The notes below the pieces were generated by a model, which saw only the letters and a program-made list of their open reading frames with translations, ran no database searches and was not told where the DNA came from. Both the position numbers and the translations under genes were made by a program. A DNA stretch of 64,000 bases. It comes from Veleropilina oligotropha (taxonomy: Eukaryota). The stretch lies in contig JBEUKZ010000064.1 in assembly GCA_048128005.1 (NCBI GenBank), forward strand, positions 496,001 through 560,000, read 5' to 3'. Positions 24,708 through 37,328 of this stretch are shown one piece after another (the stretch's first letter is position 1; every line of letters starts with the position of its first letter).

Positions 24708-26561
24708 TATAGGTGGGGTCTCTGGAGCGCCTATGAATTGAAAGTTAAAAATAATAAAACCGGGTCCGGTTTTATTATTGGGTAACGAGCGTGTCGCCGA
24801 AAGAAATTTCGTCAAGTTCGGTCTAGTATAGTAGTCCCAGGTTCGGCACGGTCGAAGCTAACTTTGGCATTGCGGAAAGTTGAGCTGCAAAATTATCACC
24901 TATTTACTATTTTATAATAGTGTAACATCGCATGCAACTTAGATAAATAAATTATTCATATTTGACGTAGCGTCTGCATGTTTCGATAAAAGTGTACTCG
25001 AAATGGACTAATGGTAAATTCCCGAATTGGGATTGCGCGAATTGTCACGCATTAATGGCGGTTAACATCTTCAACGAGCAGCGATTTTCTGTTATAAACA
25101 GGCATGAGAACACCAAAATAAATTGTAGGAGGAAAAAATATGGATGTGGGCCGAAGGCCCACAATGCAGTGTGCAGAGCACACTGCTGACTAGGGGGGTT
25201 TGGGGGCATGCCCCCCCAAGAAAATTTTGAATTTGAACACTATTTGGAGCCTTTTCCTGCATTCTCAGAGAAAACACAGGTCACTAGTAATCATGAGAAA
25301 AAACAGTTTTCATCTGCAATAAAAGTTAATATTTAAGTTGAAAGGGTCAGTCTGTGACTTCGACGGTTTTGAAGAAACAAAGTTTTCCAATGAAGAATTG
25401 GTCATCTTGATGGTCATTTTCTCATATGCTCCCTTCGAGGCATAGTTCACCAACTTATCGCACGTGATACACATTGCCACACCGGGTTTGTCAACTTTGC
25501 GAATAAATTCCTTCGATGTATCGACACAATACAAAAGGGAGATAATTTCGAACTGCCACCAGGGGGCAGACATGAAAATGACTGACAGCTGACAGAATTT
25601 CCCAGTCTCTGCAGAAATGGTTTCACTTTACAAACACGTGCGCGAGTTGTTAACACATTTTATCAGATGCGAATAAATTCATTCAACAAAAACAATGATG
25701 TCTCAACATTTCCTTTTTGATTTCGATAAGTAATGGCCACTGATCGTTCAAGCCAGTTCCATCGAAATTTGTTTTTAACATCCTTGTCAATTTCTTTTAG
25801 TCTTTCGTCAGAATTCTCTCGTTGAATTATTGCGGCCATGTTTTCTTCAATTCGCAGACTCGTTTTCGAGCGGGCTGTTACCACACTCATAGTGGCACTA
25901 CAGCGCATTGCCATAGTTACGCAAATGGCAGGCATGGCAATGGCAAAAGTTATTTTCAGCTGAAAATCGAAACATGGAGATGGAGGGCCTAGCACGAGAG
26001 GGGCAGCACCCCTCTCGTAAGGGGGGTACGGGGGATCCCCCCCCGGAAAATTTTGAAACCTAGAAGGCTGGAGAGAGCATTTCCAGCATTTTCAGAGTAA
26101 ATTTATGTCTTGAAATTTTGTCATATCTGCATATATTACCATAATAGTGACACAATATGAAGAACTAAACATTTTCTTGTACAATGTTACATCTTAAGAC
26201 AGTTGTGATCAAAACATTTCAAGCTGCTAGAGTAGTCCCCAAGACTGCAAGCCCGGTGGGGAGTTCAGGGGGGCTGTGAAGCTATTGAGATTTACACGAT
26301 TTGTAGACCATGGAAGGCTTCAAAATCACTAATATTCAACTGCACTTATTGCATGCCAAAGTGATAAATTAATAAAAAATGTTACCTTATAATGTGAGGT
26401 GAGGTGTTCACAGCAGTCAATATCCATTCAAATAGTTCATAATATCCAGTTTGAAAAAACACAATAAGAATTGATATAATAAACACTTGTCTCTTCTTCA
26501 AAGCTGAGCTGCACATTCTAAAGTTGTCAAGAGTCCACAAACTGAAATCATTACTTCCAAT

Positions 26562-28599
26562 TCACTTTGTTACTTTTATCCTCTTTGCAGCTAGCTCACT
26601 CAGTCTCTGGGCAGCCTTCCTCTTAGTCTCCTTTTGATGTGCTATCCTGGCTTCTTTTTCTTTTTCCTTGATCTCATCTCTCGCAGTTGTGCTCGATGGA
26701 ATGGCAGTGACCAGAATCCTGACTTTCTCGAGTCGCTTTTGCTTTTCCGCTGAAGCTTGTGCCCACTGTTCCTTTTGGTGCTTTGCTGCTGATCGCATGT
26801 TGATACAGAGCTTCTTGTCAACTTTGGTGTGTAGGATGTCCTTTTTTTAAAAAAGTTGTAGAGCAGTGGTGCTTCTTGACTTCAATCCATACTTGACGGA
26901 CTGTATAGCATTGAAAGTCTCAACGTTCATCCTTGAACTTCTAGGGTTGATGATATCTCCCATGAGATTGAAAGAAGCCTCCACCATTGGGCCATGGAAG
27001 CATGTAAGAAGAGTGAGCACCATTTTGCACAAGGCTGGAAATCTTCCCGTCTTCCTAACTGTCACCCACCACTGGTCAATCTCCATTGTGGCTGGATCTG
27101 GAAGCAATGCATCCACCTGATACTTGTGTGCCTCCAGTGACACCTGCTCCAGTTCTTCAGGCGTTAGGAAATGACGAGTGTTGCTTCTTAAATCCTTCAG
27201 GTAACGAGCTGTCAGGTGATGGCCTCTGGCTGCAGGATCGATAGCAGAAACAGACCGTAGCAAGGTGTTGTCCAAAGGAAGCCTCTTCTGGAGATGTTGT
27301 GCGCATTTAATGTATGCTGTGGATGCTCTATTTCGAAAGTTGTCTACTTCTTTCAAGCTCTTTTCCTGACCCAACAACTCTTCAGCAGCAAGTCCAACAA
27401 ACATGTCACTTTGTTTCAAGAACTGTCCCTCATCCTGAGAAAGATTTAGTGTCTTCAATTTTGCAGCATTTTTCCCAATGATTGTTTCTGGCTTTAGAAA
27501 ACAACTCATGAAATTTCGGAGCAGTTCTTCCTGTTTATCATACAAGATGTGTATCATTGGAGTTTTTCTTTGAAAAAGCAAAACAAAGTCTTTCAGTAGA
27601 CGAAGGACCGACATGTAGAAAGACAGGATGAGGTCGGTCTTCTTAGGCATAATCAAGACTTTCTCAATAATCCGCTGTTTCCTGTTTTTTCCATCATCTG
27701 TTATAGACTTGTTGGCAAGCTCTTCCCAAATTTCCTTCACTCTTAACTTCCCATTCACTGACACCACGCTCCGTCAGGATGTTTTGGATTGGTGTCTTGT
27801 ACAGGGACCTGTCCGCCTTCTTCATGAATCCATAGTACATGACACGAAAGGCATCCACCATGACTATATTTGGTGCAGATACGTCATAGCAAGACAGCCA
27901 TCTATGACTCAGGAAGCGCTGTGGAATTGTGTATGGAAGAGACAACATCTCGCATATTTCACATAGGATGATTTTTAAATCTGGAGACCACTTGATATCA
28001 TTGTGCAGATCGGTAGCCATTTTCTCTATCCACATGTCAAATGGACTGCATAATTTCTTACAGGCGTTATGTACATGGTGGCATGAATCTCCATCTATGT
28101 CAAGCAGCTGTGGGGCCTTCTCCTTTCGTATTCTGACCTCCAACCCATTCTTTGATCCTCGCATAACATTACAAGAGTCCATGAGTACTGACACAATGTT
28201 AGTCCATGGAATATTCTTTTCAGAGAACAGCTTGTCAACAGCCCTTAGTACACTTTTAGTGTCAACTTTGAACATTCCAATTGACTTCAAATGTTCAAGA
28301 ACAATTCTTTCTTGTTTTGGACAAAAGTAGGTTGTCAATATCGCCAGAATCCTCTTGTTAGATTCACTTGTACTCTCATCTAAATTGAGTAAAAATGGCC
28401 CATACTGCAAGTTAATAATTGTTTCATCGGTAAATGTTTTGCCTAACCCGTGAGTCATTTTGTATGATGCAGTCTTACGTTCCAGCTTCATCTTGCTGAG
28501 TGCTCGTGGGTCCTTGGCAAGCTCCTTGGCCGTGTTGACAAGAATGGGGGCTAGAGTCAACGGTAGACTGTGCTCCGCAAGTACCCCAAGGACAAGGGC
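26562..28599 (-). pseudogene. hAT transposase exon 2 (DDE core and dimerisation region), disabled
   Basis: Acceptor TTTTACAG in phase 0; LNLDESTS, VLMDSCNVMRG, SCHHVHN, HRWLS, CFHGPMVEASF motifs; one frameshift at ~27750-27770 and an in-frame TAA at 26847-26849; basic C-terminus KRKAAQRLSELAAKRIK. Confidence 0.85.
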
Positions 28600-29895
28600 C
28601 TGTAAAACAATACAAAGAAAAGAATAAATAAAAGATTTCGAATGTGTATGTACATGCGAGTTTGCTAGAAGTATTTTATTATTTCGTATTAATTTATAAT
28701 GATAATTTAATTATGAATGAACAACTGTCAAGTATCTGTGTCAAAATAATTAATGTAAAAATATTTTTGAATTCTGGTTATGAACTTATACTTGTTAATT
28801 ATTTATCCATCACGATATTCTAAGAGGATGCACAAGACAATTTATGAGTACACAATAATTTGAGTACATGTAGAAAGCTGACAGAAAGAAGAATAAACAT
28901 CAATAGGCCTCATACCAGATTACTGAGATTAAAAATTAGCATATAATGAGTTGCAATGAAAGGAAACATGTACCAAACGCTATTGAATTAATTTATGAAT
29001 GTTCCGCACAATCATTTAAATATCTCTAACATATGCAATGTCTACAGTACAATGTAATACTCAGAAAAGAGAATCATTTGTAAATTTACGTTCATGTTAT
29101 TAATGTTGTACCGTACTACTATAATCTCTAAAGCAATTAAAAGAAAAGCATTACCAATATAAACATTGAAATATCCGTCACCAAGCATATAATTCAGGGT
29201 TCCCACAGGTTTGGCAATCTCATTTTCCATAGCTTTTTCATAACTTTTCCATAGCCCATATATATAACACATGCCGGTATTGATAGCTTTTCCAAAGTCT
29301 TATAGCCTGTTAGCTAGATGGATGATCTGCTCACAGTCAGCATGTCATTGTGTTAAAAAGACAGTTGACCTCTGATGGAATATTGAATGCAGAATTTATT
29401 TTTAAAGCACATGCTGATTTTACATAGCATTTCCATGACGTTGAGATAAATTTTTTAATTTCCAAAGCTTTTCCATAACCCGGGGGAACCATGATTTACT
29501 ATATATATATATAGTATTTCCATCACCGCAAGATGTACACAGATATTATAATAATCCAAATCATACCAATTCTTACATCAATATCCTGTAAAAAATAGAT
29601 GGCATGCATTATTAAACAAATTAGATTAAATCAAATGGTAGTAAACAACAGCAGGAAACATTTTACATATTTTATTTTCAGTGAGGTTTGTTTCTCACTC
29701 AATAATAATTTATAATGGATGAGTAGATATAGCAGTCCACTTAATTTAATATTTAAATTAGAGAATTCGATTATTTAACTTTATTATATTTAATTTTACA
29801 AAATTTATCTGCATCTTAATTTAATATTTAAATTTAGAGTTTTCGATTATTTAACTTTATTATTTTTCATTTTGCAAAAATTATCTGCATCTTAC

Positions 29896-30393
29896 CTCTG
29901 AATGAACTTGTCTGTCATCAACTGGGGTGAAAGGGATTATCTCGGGCTCGTTAGGTGCCGCAGGCCTCGCAAGAGTACCCCAGTGACTGATGTCAACATC
30001 GTGATTTGCAGCGCTGTGATTTGACAAAGTCCGATTCTTGGTTCCCGACGTCGCACTCGTTTGACAGAATGCCGATCCAAGGGAATAGTTCGATTTACGA
30101 ATGACCACGTTCGCTGCATGTTTTTTCACTTTGGAAGCATGTTCAGTCAAAGCAATACACCCTCTGGAACCGTAATTGATGAGATCATTACAATAGATGC
30201 ATAATGCTTTGCCAGGAATGTCCACCTTTTTCACAAAAGCCGCTAAAGTTTCTGTCACATTCTGCGTTGTGCGGTGGAATTTCACGCTAATTGTCACCTG
30301 ATTTTCTAACCATTTCCATTTGAACTTGTTTTTGATATCCTTGTCGATTTCTTGAACACGCGATTCGTCTTCTCGCGGCAATAATTTAAACAT
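29896..30393 (-). pseudogene. hAT transposase exon 1 (BED-like zinc finger)
   Basis: MFKLLPRED...ALCIYCNDLINYGSRG..LTEHASKVKKH; donor GAG|GTAAG in phase 0, compatible with exon 2. Confidence 0.8.
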
Positions 30394-30467
30394 TTAATAC
30401 TCGTAATTCTGAATCATGCCAGGATACAAAACCATGCTTGCTTAAACAATACAGTCATGTAGTGGCC

Positions 30468-30665
30468 GTGATTCGTCTGTCGAGTTCGCTCATTGGCTGT
30501 TTCCGTCCCCATAGCCAATCAACGAACGCCTTACAATTGACTTTCAAAATGGCGTCTTGAATTGAACAATATAGTGATTCGTCCGTCGAGTTCGCTGATT
30601 GGCTGTTTCTGTCCCCTTAGCCAATCGACAAACGCTTTACAATTGACTTTCAAACAGGCGTCTTC
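30468..30665. promoter_or_regulatory. Twice-repeated ~105-bp CCAAT-box module upstream of the transposase
   Basis: Two copies of GTGATTCGTC..GAGTTCGCT.ATTGGCTG...AGCCAATC..ACAATTGACTTTCAAA, starting ~75 bp upstream of the ATG; promoter role inferred. Confidence 0.4.
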
Positions 30666-33366
30666 AACAATAACAACAGTAACAGTAGGCCTACTATCGC
30701 TTCCGATAATTTTTTTATTGTAACAACAGTACAGTATCCCTTCCGATAAATATTTTGTGACCTACATTTCCTCAAAACGAAAACAGACACCTCACCCCCC
30801 CTATGAAAAAACTCCTCGAATTTGCACGAATCTCAAGATCGACCCCTGGACAAATAAATCAGCGGAAATCCGCGGATCCGCGGAAAATTGCCATGCCTGA
30901 AATGGTGAATGCATACCAGTCTGGCATAAGACAGACGGAGGTAAATGACCCACTAGCAGTGATTTTAATGTTCGGCTTAATTGCCGACGCTTTGACAAGT
31001 AAGTTTATTGCCATGTTCGGTTTGCTGGCGCTATGCGAAGTTTCTACCCTCGGCCGTCCGAAATTAAGACCTCGCCCCCCTATATTTACGAATACAAATT
31101 TGCATCGATCTACAAAATGACAAAAATGAAAAATAAAACCCGGAAATTCGCGTAAACCCGGAAAATTCTAATGCCTGTATAAAGCAGCAAACAATGTTTG
31201 TTCATCCAATTTGAATCATCAAAACTATTTGTAACATCCACATATATGTAGGTAAGGCTTTGTAGAGCTATATGCGATCATTACGGGCAATTGATCTTTA
31301 AAGAGCTATCGCAATGCCTCGACTATTTTGACTTCGGAGCAAAAATTATTGCTACAAATTCGCTCAAAAACATCAAGTATATCGATAAGAGTTGTAGATA
31401 ATGCCCCACTCTGTCACTTGGTTTAATTTGAGGTGTCTGGTTTCAGTGGTTACAGATTTACGGCATTTATTTGCAATTTGCTTTGATTGATTTCTAAAAT
31501 GCTTATAAAGTTCACATTTCACATTATTTAAATTTTTTTTTGCTGACATCAATATAATTTCATCATGACTATGATTTGCATAACGATTTACATTATTTAA
31601 TTCGATTTGGTGAAATTAGAAATTGACCCCTTATTTTTTAAAGCCCATGGCAACCATCTGGTGTGAGATAGATTCTATATAACTCATGTTGTCATTGCCC
31701 CCTGATCTGAAGAATATTGTGAGCCTATTATGAAGTTTGTACGATGAAGCGTTTTAACGCTACAGCCCAAAACGTGTAAACCGGATATTGCGTCATAAAA
31801 TCCGAACCCGGACCATCTTCGAGGAGGACCGAGCCAGGGAGAAACCCTATCTTGTGTAAAAAAATTAAGTAAATCGTATCAATAGTTTTCGAGTTATGCG
31901 AATGGATATACATACATACATACATACGGAGCCGATTGCAATACCCTCGCCTCTCCTCCGGAGGCGAGGGTAATAAATTGACCGAAGCGAAAACACTTTG
32001 TCTGAACGTTAAAACCACCTTTGGTGGAGAATCAGCCTTCTGCCACTGGATTATGGCGCAATCTGTAAACGAAACGAAAGAACTTCGTTTCTCGCACCTG
32101 AGATAGACTGATCCCATTTTTTACCGGTGCTGGAAAATTCTATCTCGAACACTTTGTATACATATGCAAATGCTGTCTAGCACACTTTGTATTCCCACGC
32201 ACGTCGTCTGCAATGTTTGAAACAAAAATGGCGGATCGAAACATAAACACCCACATACTGGGGCTAACATCTCTCTATAATATCTATATCGCATTAAACC
32301 ACGTATGTACGCTACACCCGAAACACCAAACCGATGTCCCATAACTATCTACAAAACTTACTATGGCTTTAATAGCCCTGCATACTACTCCAACGCTGTC
32401 AATGAATTTTACATAGCTGAAACTACCGTGAAAAATCCCGGCAAAACACATCCTTGGTTTCACATTGTCCGCTTGATGTCAACAAACTTAAATACACCAT
32501 GAAGCATATGGCAGCAAATACGAACATATCGACGCCTCACAAACATTTATGCCAGAAAGCAATTGTGTCAAAAATTTCTGGAAAATCTAGTTCCAGGCAG
32601 GCACGCAGATCGACAGCAACTAAATTATACACTGTCAAATTGTGACTGACATCGACTCTGAAAAGTGACGTCACTTCTTGTAAGTTTAATAGATCGAGCG
32701 TTTATTAATCTATGTTATGATTTTAAATATTTAGCATTTTGTTGACTTTTTCTATTATTAATATTTTAAAGATACTGAAATTTAGTAAATATTTATTCCA
32801 TAATTACGGAACTATATTTTATTAAGTCAGAAGAACACCTGGTGAGTGATTGGGCTTTTGTAATACTTGTACTGGTATGCAATGTAAACAAATATCGAAA
32901 TAGCCTTAAAAATTAACATCACCTCATGCACATAGTGTCAATGTGATAGTTCGAGCTTTTTATTACCCTATGTTATGAATTTAAATATTTTACAATTATT
33001 ATTATTTAATAATACTAAATAATTGAATAAATATTTATTCAATAAATACGTAATTATATTTGATTGCGTCGGAAGAACTACTGGTGAGTGATTGGGTTAT
33101 TTGAACACGCACGGTAAACACATATGAAAATAACTTTTTCAAGCTTTTTGAGGTGCGGAACAAATAATCAAGCCACACATTTGAGTTCCAGATAGAAAAA
33201 TATCAGTCTCGGGTGTGATGGTGCAACATCCCAACCACGGCTAACGCCTCGGTTGGGATTTGTCCCACCATCCCACCCTCGACTGATATTTCTCTATCTG
33301 GAACGCAATGTGGTGCTTGATTCTATTATACTTATACCGGTACCGTACTGTATTACTTCTTGGTAT

Positions 33367-34300
33367 GTAAATACATTTATTTCAACATATACCCGCATTC
33401 TCAACAGCGATTGGTCGAGACGCGTTTTTCGACGTCCCGTGCCGTGATGATAAATCTCCATACCGGACTCCGAGCAGTTACGGAAATAGCCGATGAATAT
33501 ATTTTTGTCGTCTGCGCTGTTTTCAAAACAAATCGATCAATAACGAAATGCAAAGATGAACTTACCAAAAATCACCGTTCCGATAAAGAACTTGAACCTG
33601 CGTTTATGTCCGAGTGAAAGGATAATCTGCTTTGTCCTGTAAAATCCACATCGGGTCACGCATTCGCAATCGCTTCAAACCGAAACAGCTGATTTTCACG
33701 TCCATGGAATCACGATGCAAGTTATGTTTGACGACTTTGAACACGTCCCTCCTCAACAAGTAAACACAGTCTCTAATATTCAATAACTGCATGATTAACT
33801 CATTGCATATCCATCACCATTGACAATTCCCATAAGTAATTTAGAATTTTGACACTTTGTTGTTACTTGAATTCATCTTCTTGCTGGGTTCCACCAGCTG
33901 CGAACACTATTGTAAACATGCCTGATGTCACTCCCAAATTTATATCGAAATAACATTAACTTGTATTACTAAAATTATTTGTGAATTATCCACTTGTTAC
34001 CGTTATTTAAATGAATTATTTTCAATTTAAAAATTTCCCACGCCATTCTTGTCCTAATCCAAAAACTATTAAAATCTGTAACGATGTTCGGTATCGCAAA
34101 ATCAAGTTCACCTATGGATTATATTAGAATTTTTGGAGGAAATGTTGAAATAAATACGTTATCCTAACTCCTGGAGTCCGATATGGCTATTTACCCTCCC
34201 AGTAAACGCTATACCAGCCTCGCCGTTCCGGCTCGGCTGGCATAGCGTTTACTGTGAGGGTAAATAGCCATATCGGACTCCAGGAGTTAGGATAACTTAT
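33367..34300. mobile_element. Non-autonomous terminal-palindrome element (Crypton-like architecture; copy B only)
   Basis: Absent at ~8170-8195; subterminal IR TTTATTTCAACAT / ATGTTGAAATAAA; ~139-bp near-perfect palindrome at 34158-34296. Confidence 0.82.
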
Positions 34301-34724
34301 AATATACATCAACACAGTAGTTATCTCCCTTATATGAACTCTTCTAAATATGTCGTCTGCTAATATTTAAAGCTTTACAATCGTATACATTGCATAATTT
34401 GGTAATATGACTTCAAAAAGTATTTATGAGTCTGATGCTAACAGCCTGTTTTCTACACCCCGGTCGAGCCATTTACTGTCGACCCTTTGGATTGTAGCGA
34501 TATCGTTTTTCGTTCCACTGGGGGCGGCGATAAACATTGCGTGAACAGTCTAGCGCATCCGAAGATTATCAAGTAAAACCGAAGGACCAATGCCGAAGTT
34601 ACGTATAAATTATAAGGCAGCTTGTTGTCTTATGCTCGGTCAGTAATTATTCAAGAACAATTGATAATAATTAATATGAATTTTAATCAACTGGGAATCC
34701 CTACAGTTGGATATATAGCATTAT

Positions 34725-35182
34725 TATATAAATGGTGCTGTTATTCGATCGATCGTTAAATAATAGCAAAAATATAATCGGTATTTCACTGATATATATT
34801 TTCACTCACGTGAGTGAAAATATTTTCCATATTTCACTCTCGCGAGTGAAAATATCAAAAACGCGTCATAAAAACGTTGTCCAAGGTCACGTCGTCTATG
34901 GCGAACTACATTTCAACATTACAATGTCAACAGCGCACGCGTTCGTTCTTCCACAAAAATAAGCATGGCTATACAATGGTAACATTATCTAATTGATAAC
35001 TAACCCATTTATATAATAAATAGAGCATTCAATGTTGTCAGAAATATTAAATATATTTTGTCTCGTGAACTATATCCTAGCCGATTCACTCAAGGCCTCC
35101 GACCTTTCGTGAATCCGCTAGGATATATTTCACTCATCAAAATATATTTAATATTTCTGACATACCATCAAATACCGTCTAT
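34725..35182. mobile_element. Terminal-palindrome element flanked by TTAT (copy B only)
   Basis: Empty site GCATTATCATTT at ~8615; palindrome ~35035-35162; sibling at 42669-43604, also TTAT-flanked. Confidence 0.8.
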
Positions 35183-35348
35183 TTATCATTTATGTATAGG
35201 CCTTCGCATTCTTTTCTTATTTTAACAATATCCAGAATTAATAATCATTATGCAGATTAACCATTATTACTTTTAATTCAATATTTTTAATAATAATGTA
35301 ATTATTTTTCATTCCTACCAAAGTGTAATAATGAATTTCAATTTTTAG

Positions 35349-35476
35349 AAATCAGAAATACATTTCCCGGACAGATAGCCCACTACCTGGCTCGATACAG
35401 GACCCAGAAGCAGATACGCCTCAACAAGCAGCAATCGTTCATTATACCGAATTTGTAGATGACATACTTGATAAAA
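35349..35476 (+). CDS. Putative internal exon of the SH3-domain gene (copy B)
   Basis: Duplicate of 8782-8909 with splice sites retained. Confidence 0.45.
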
Positions 35477-36104
35477 GTAAGATTATATATTATATTTTAA
35501 GTTGGCCTGTTATATGTGTGAATATGTGTAGCATGTTTCTTAAAGTGTGACAACAGGGCCTATATGGAAATCAGCTTTTGTTGTATATGGCTACCCTGTT
35601 TTGATAAATAAAGATTACTACTACTACTACTGTACTACTCTTGTGTTATCTGCCCTGCACTCACTGTTCGACACTTTTCTCAGGTGAAAAAATTAAATGG
35701 GGTGCTATATGGCCTAATGGGTGTCGTGGTTCTCAACTAATCTGATTAACTGAGCAATAAAAGCCAGCAGACAGAACTAAAGTTATACATATATATTTGT
35801 TCCCGGGCACATCCCTGTAGGCAGTTGATCATTACTTACTTACAGGATAGACATATTAACGATATATGATATAGTAAACATGTGCCCGATATGAGACAAT
35901 AAAGCATGAATTTAAAAGTATATTCTACACAGAGTAGTGAGCGAGTGTGTATTTGATGTGGACTATTGAACTTGCACTTGATCAAATGGAGAAACCAGTT
36001 TGACAATATTCAGTTGCAGACTAAACATTTCAGTTGCTAGGAGGCAGTGGATTTGTGCCTGCCTGCGATGGTAACTATAATTCCAAATTCAAGTGTCCTC
36101 TTAG

Positions 36105-36197
36105 ATGCAGTGACTGTCTCTCAGATGTCGAATGTCTACGTGATGGCCATCCACTCCATCCATTTAAAGAACAAGGACGAATTGTCATTTCCTGCAG
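36105..36197 (+). CDS. SH3 N-terminal exon (copy B)
   Basis: Acceptor CTCTTAG, 93 nt, VYVMAIHSIHLKNKDELSFPAG, donor retained. Confidence 0.55.
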
Positions 36198-36234
36198 GTA
36201 GACAAGATATAATAGGCTGCTCCATATGATTATA

Positions 36235-36585
36235 ACAAGAACGACGCGTTCAAAATATGTCTTGACCTTTCTTTATTTTCCTCAAATTTTCATAACAGTT
36301 AATACAATGGCTAAGTGCAAGTACTTCATGAATGGCTTAATTTACTACCCCGTCGATTATGACGTCACCAAATGACGATTAATCTAAAGCGACGTCATAA
36401 TGACGTCATTGATATTTGCTTGCAATATTAGACATCAGTTACATACGAATATGGATTAAAGTGCTCAATAAATGCATATTTTTGCAAAATTGTGTCGCGA
36501 AAGTTATATACACGACCTACAAATACTCTTGGGAATGTGTGTACAAATTTTGGTGAAAATTTAACCGGTAGTTTTCAAATAAATC

Positions 36586-36659
<74 letters not shown>

Positions 36660-36713
36660 CACACGGACCATTTGATAATGTCTTGTCCTTTTTTACAAAA
36701 AGGTCAAGACATA
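36235..36713. mobile_element. HINE/DINE-like element (copy B only)
   Basis: Sibling of 21996-22757 with an expanded (TA)n; empty site GATTATAAAAAGTG at ~10224. Confidence 0.8.
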
Positions 36714-37167
36714 AAAAGTGTGGTCCAAATCTTAATGTATTGTAATTCAAGTTTACATATTCACCAAAATTGCATTAAGGCACTCGATTGTTGTTCATAT
36801 AAATTAGGCCCTTCTGTTAGGGATGGAGATAGTCGTGAACTTGCGTCTGTTGGCGTCCACATCTACTTTCTGGAACACGAAGATGAACCACTGGACCGAC
36901 ATCTTTCACACTTGATATACACTTGGAAGTTGTTTACTATCAAGTCTTGTTGAAGATGGATCACTTTGCCAAAGGTCAAGGATGCATACAAATTTGAATG
37001 ACTATTGTATTGATATCTTCCATACATACGTACATTAGCCTCATAGCTATATAGCATGTAGTGTGATATTATAATCATATTAAACATATTTTTCATTTTT
37101 ACAAATCCAGGTATGAAATTTGCACACACTGACAGTATTTCCATAGCAACTCTTATTATAATTACAG

Positions 37168-37328
37168 GACAGAAAATCAAGAAAACAGTGGCAGCTAATA
37201 GCAACATTGGAATGCCATTTGGCAGAATAAAGAAAGGAATGTTGCGCAAGAAAGTTTGTGGGTTATACCCGGCCAATGCAGTGAAATTGTACGCTTTCTT
37301 TAGTAAAAGCACAAAGAGGGACCAATGA
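37168..37328 (+). CDS. SH3 C-terminal exon (copy B)
   Basis: Duplicate of 10664-10821 with an in-frame 3-nt indel; GLYPANAV retained. Confidence 0.55.

Larger units (their letters stand above)
25929..30899 (-). mobile_element. Inner full-length hAT-superfamily transposon with 6-bp TSD
   Basis: Perfect 13-bp TIR CAGGCATGGCAAT / ATTGCCATGCCTG; AAATGG at 25923-25928 and 30900-30905; carries a two-exon transposase gene. Confidence 0.92.
25099..31177 (-). mobile_element. Outer hAT-like deletion derivative (~1.1 kb of own sequence) with 6-bp TSD (copy B only)
   Basis: TIR CAGGCATGAGAA / TTCTAATGCCTG; TATAAA on both flanks; empty site at ~4640; retains an N-terminal transposase fragment (EIDKDVKNKFRWNWLE..., RKVDKPGVAMCITCDKLVNYASKG). 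Confidence 0.88.

Noticed and set aside
36492..36953. ORFs with IYIYIY runs
   Set aside because: Translation of the (TA)n microsatellite inside a HINE.
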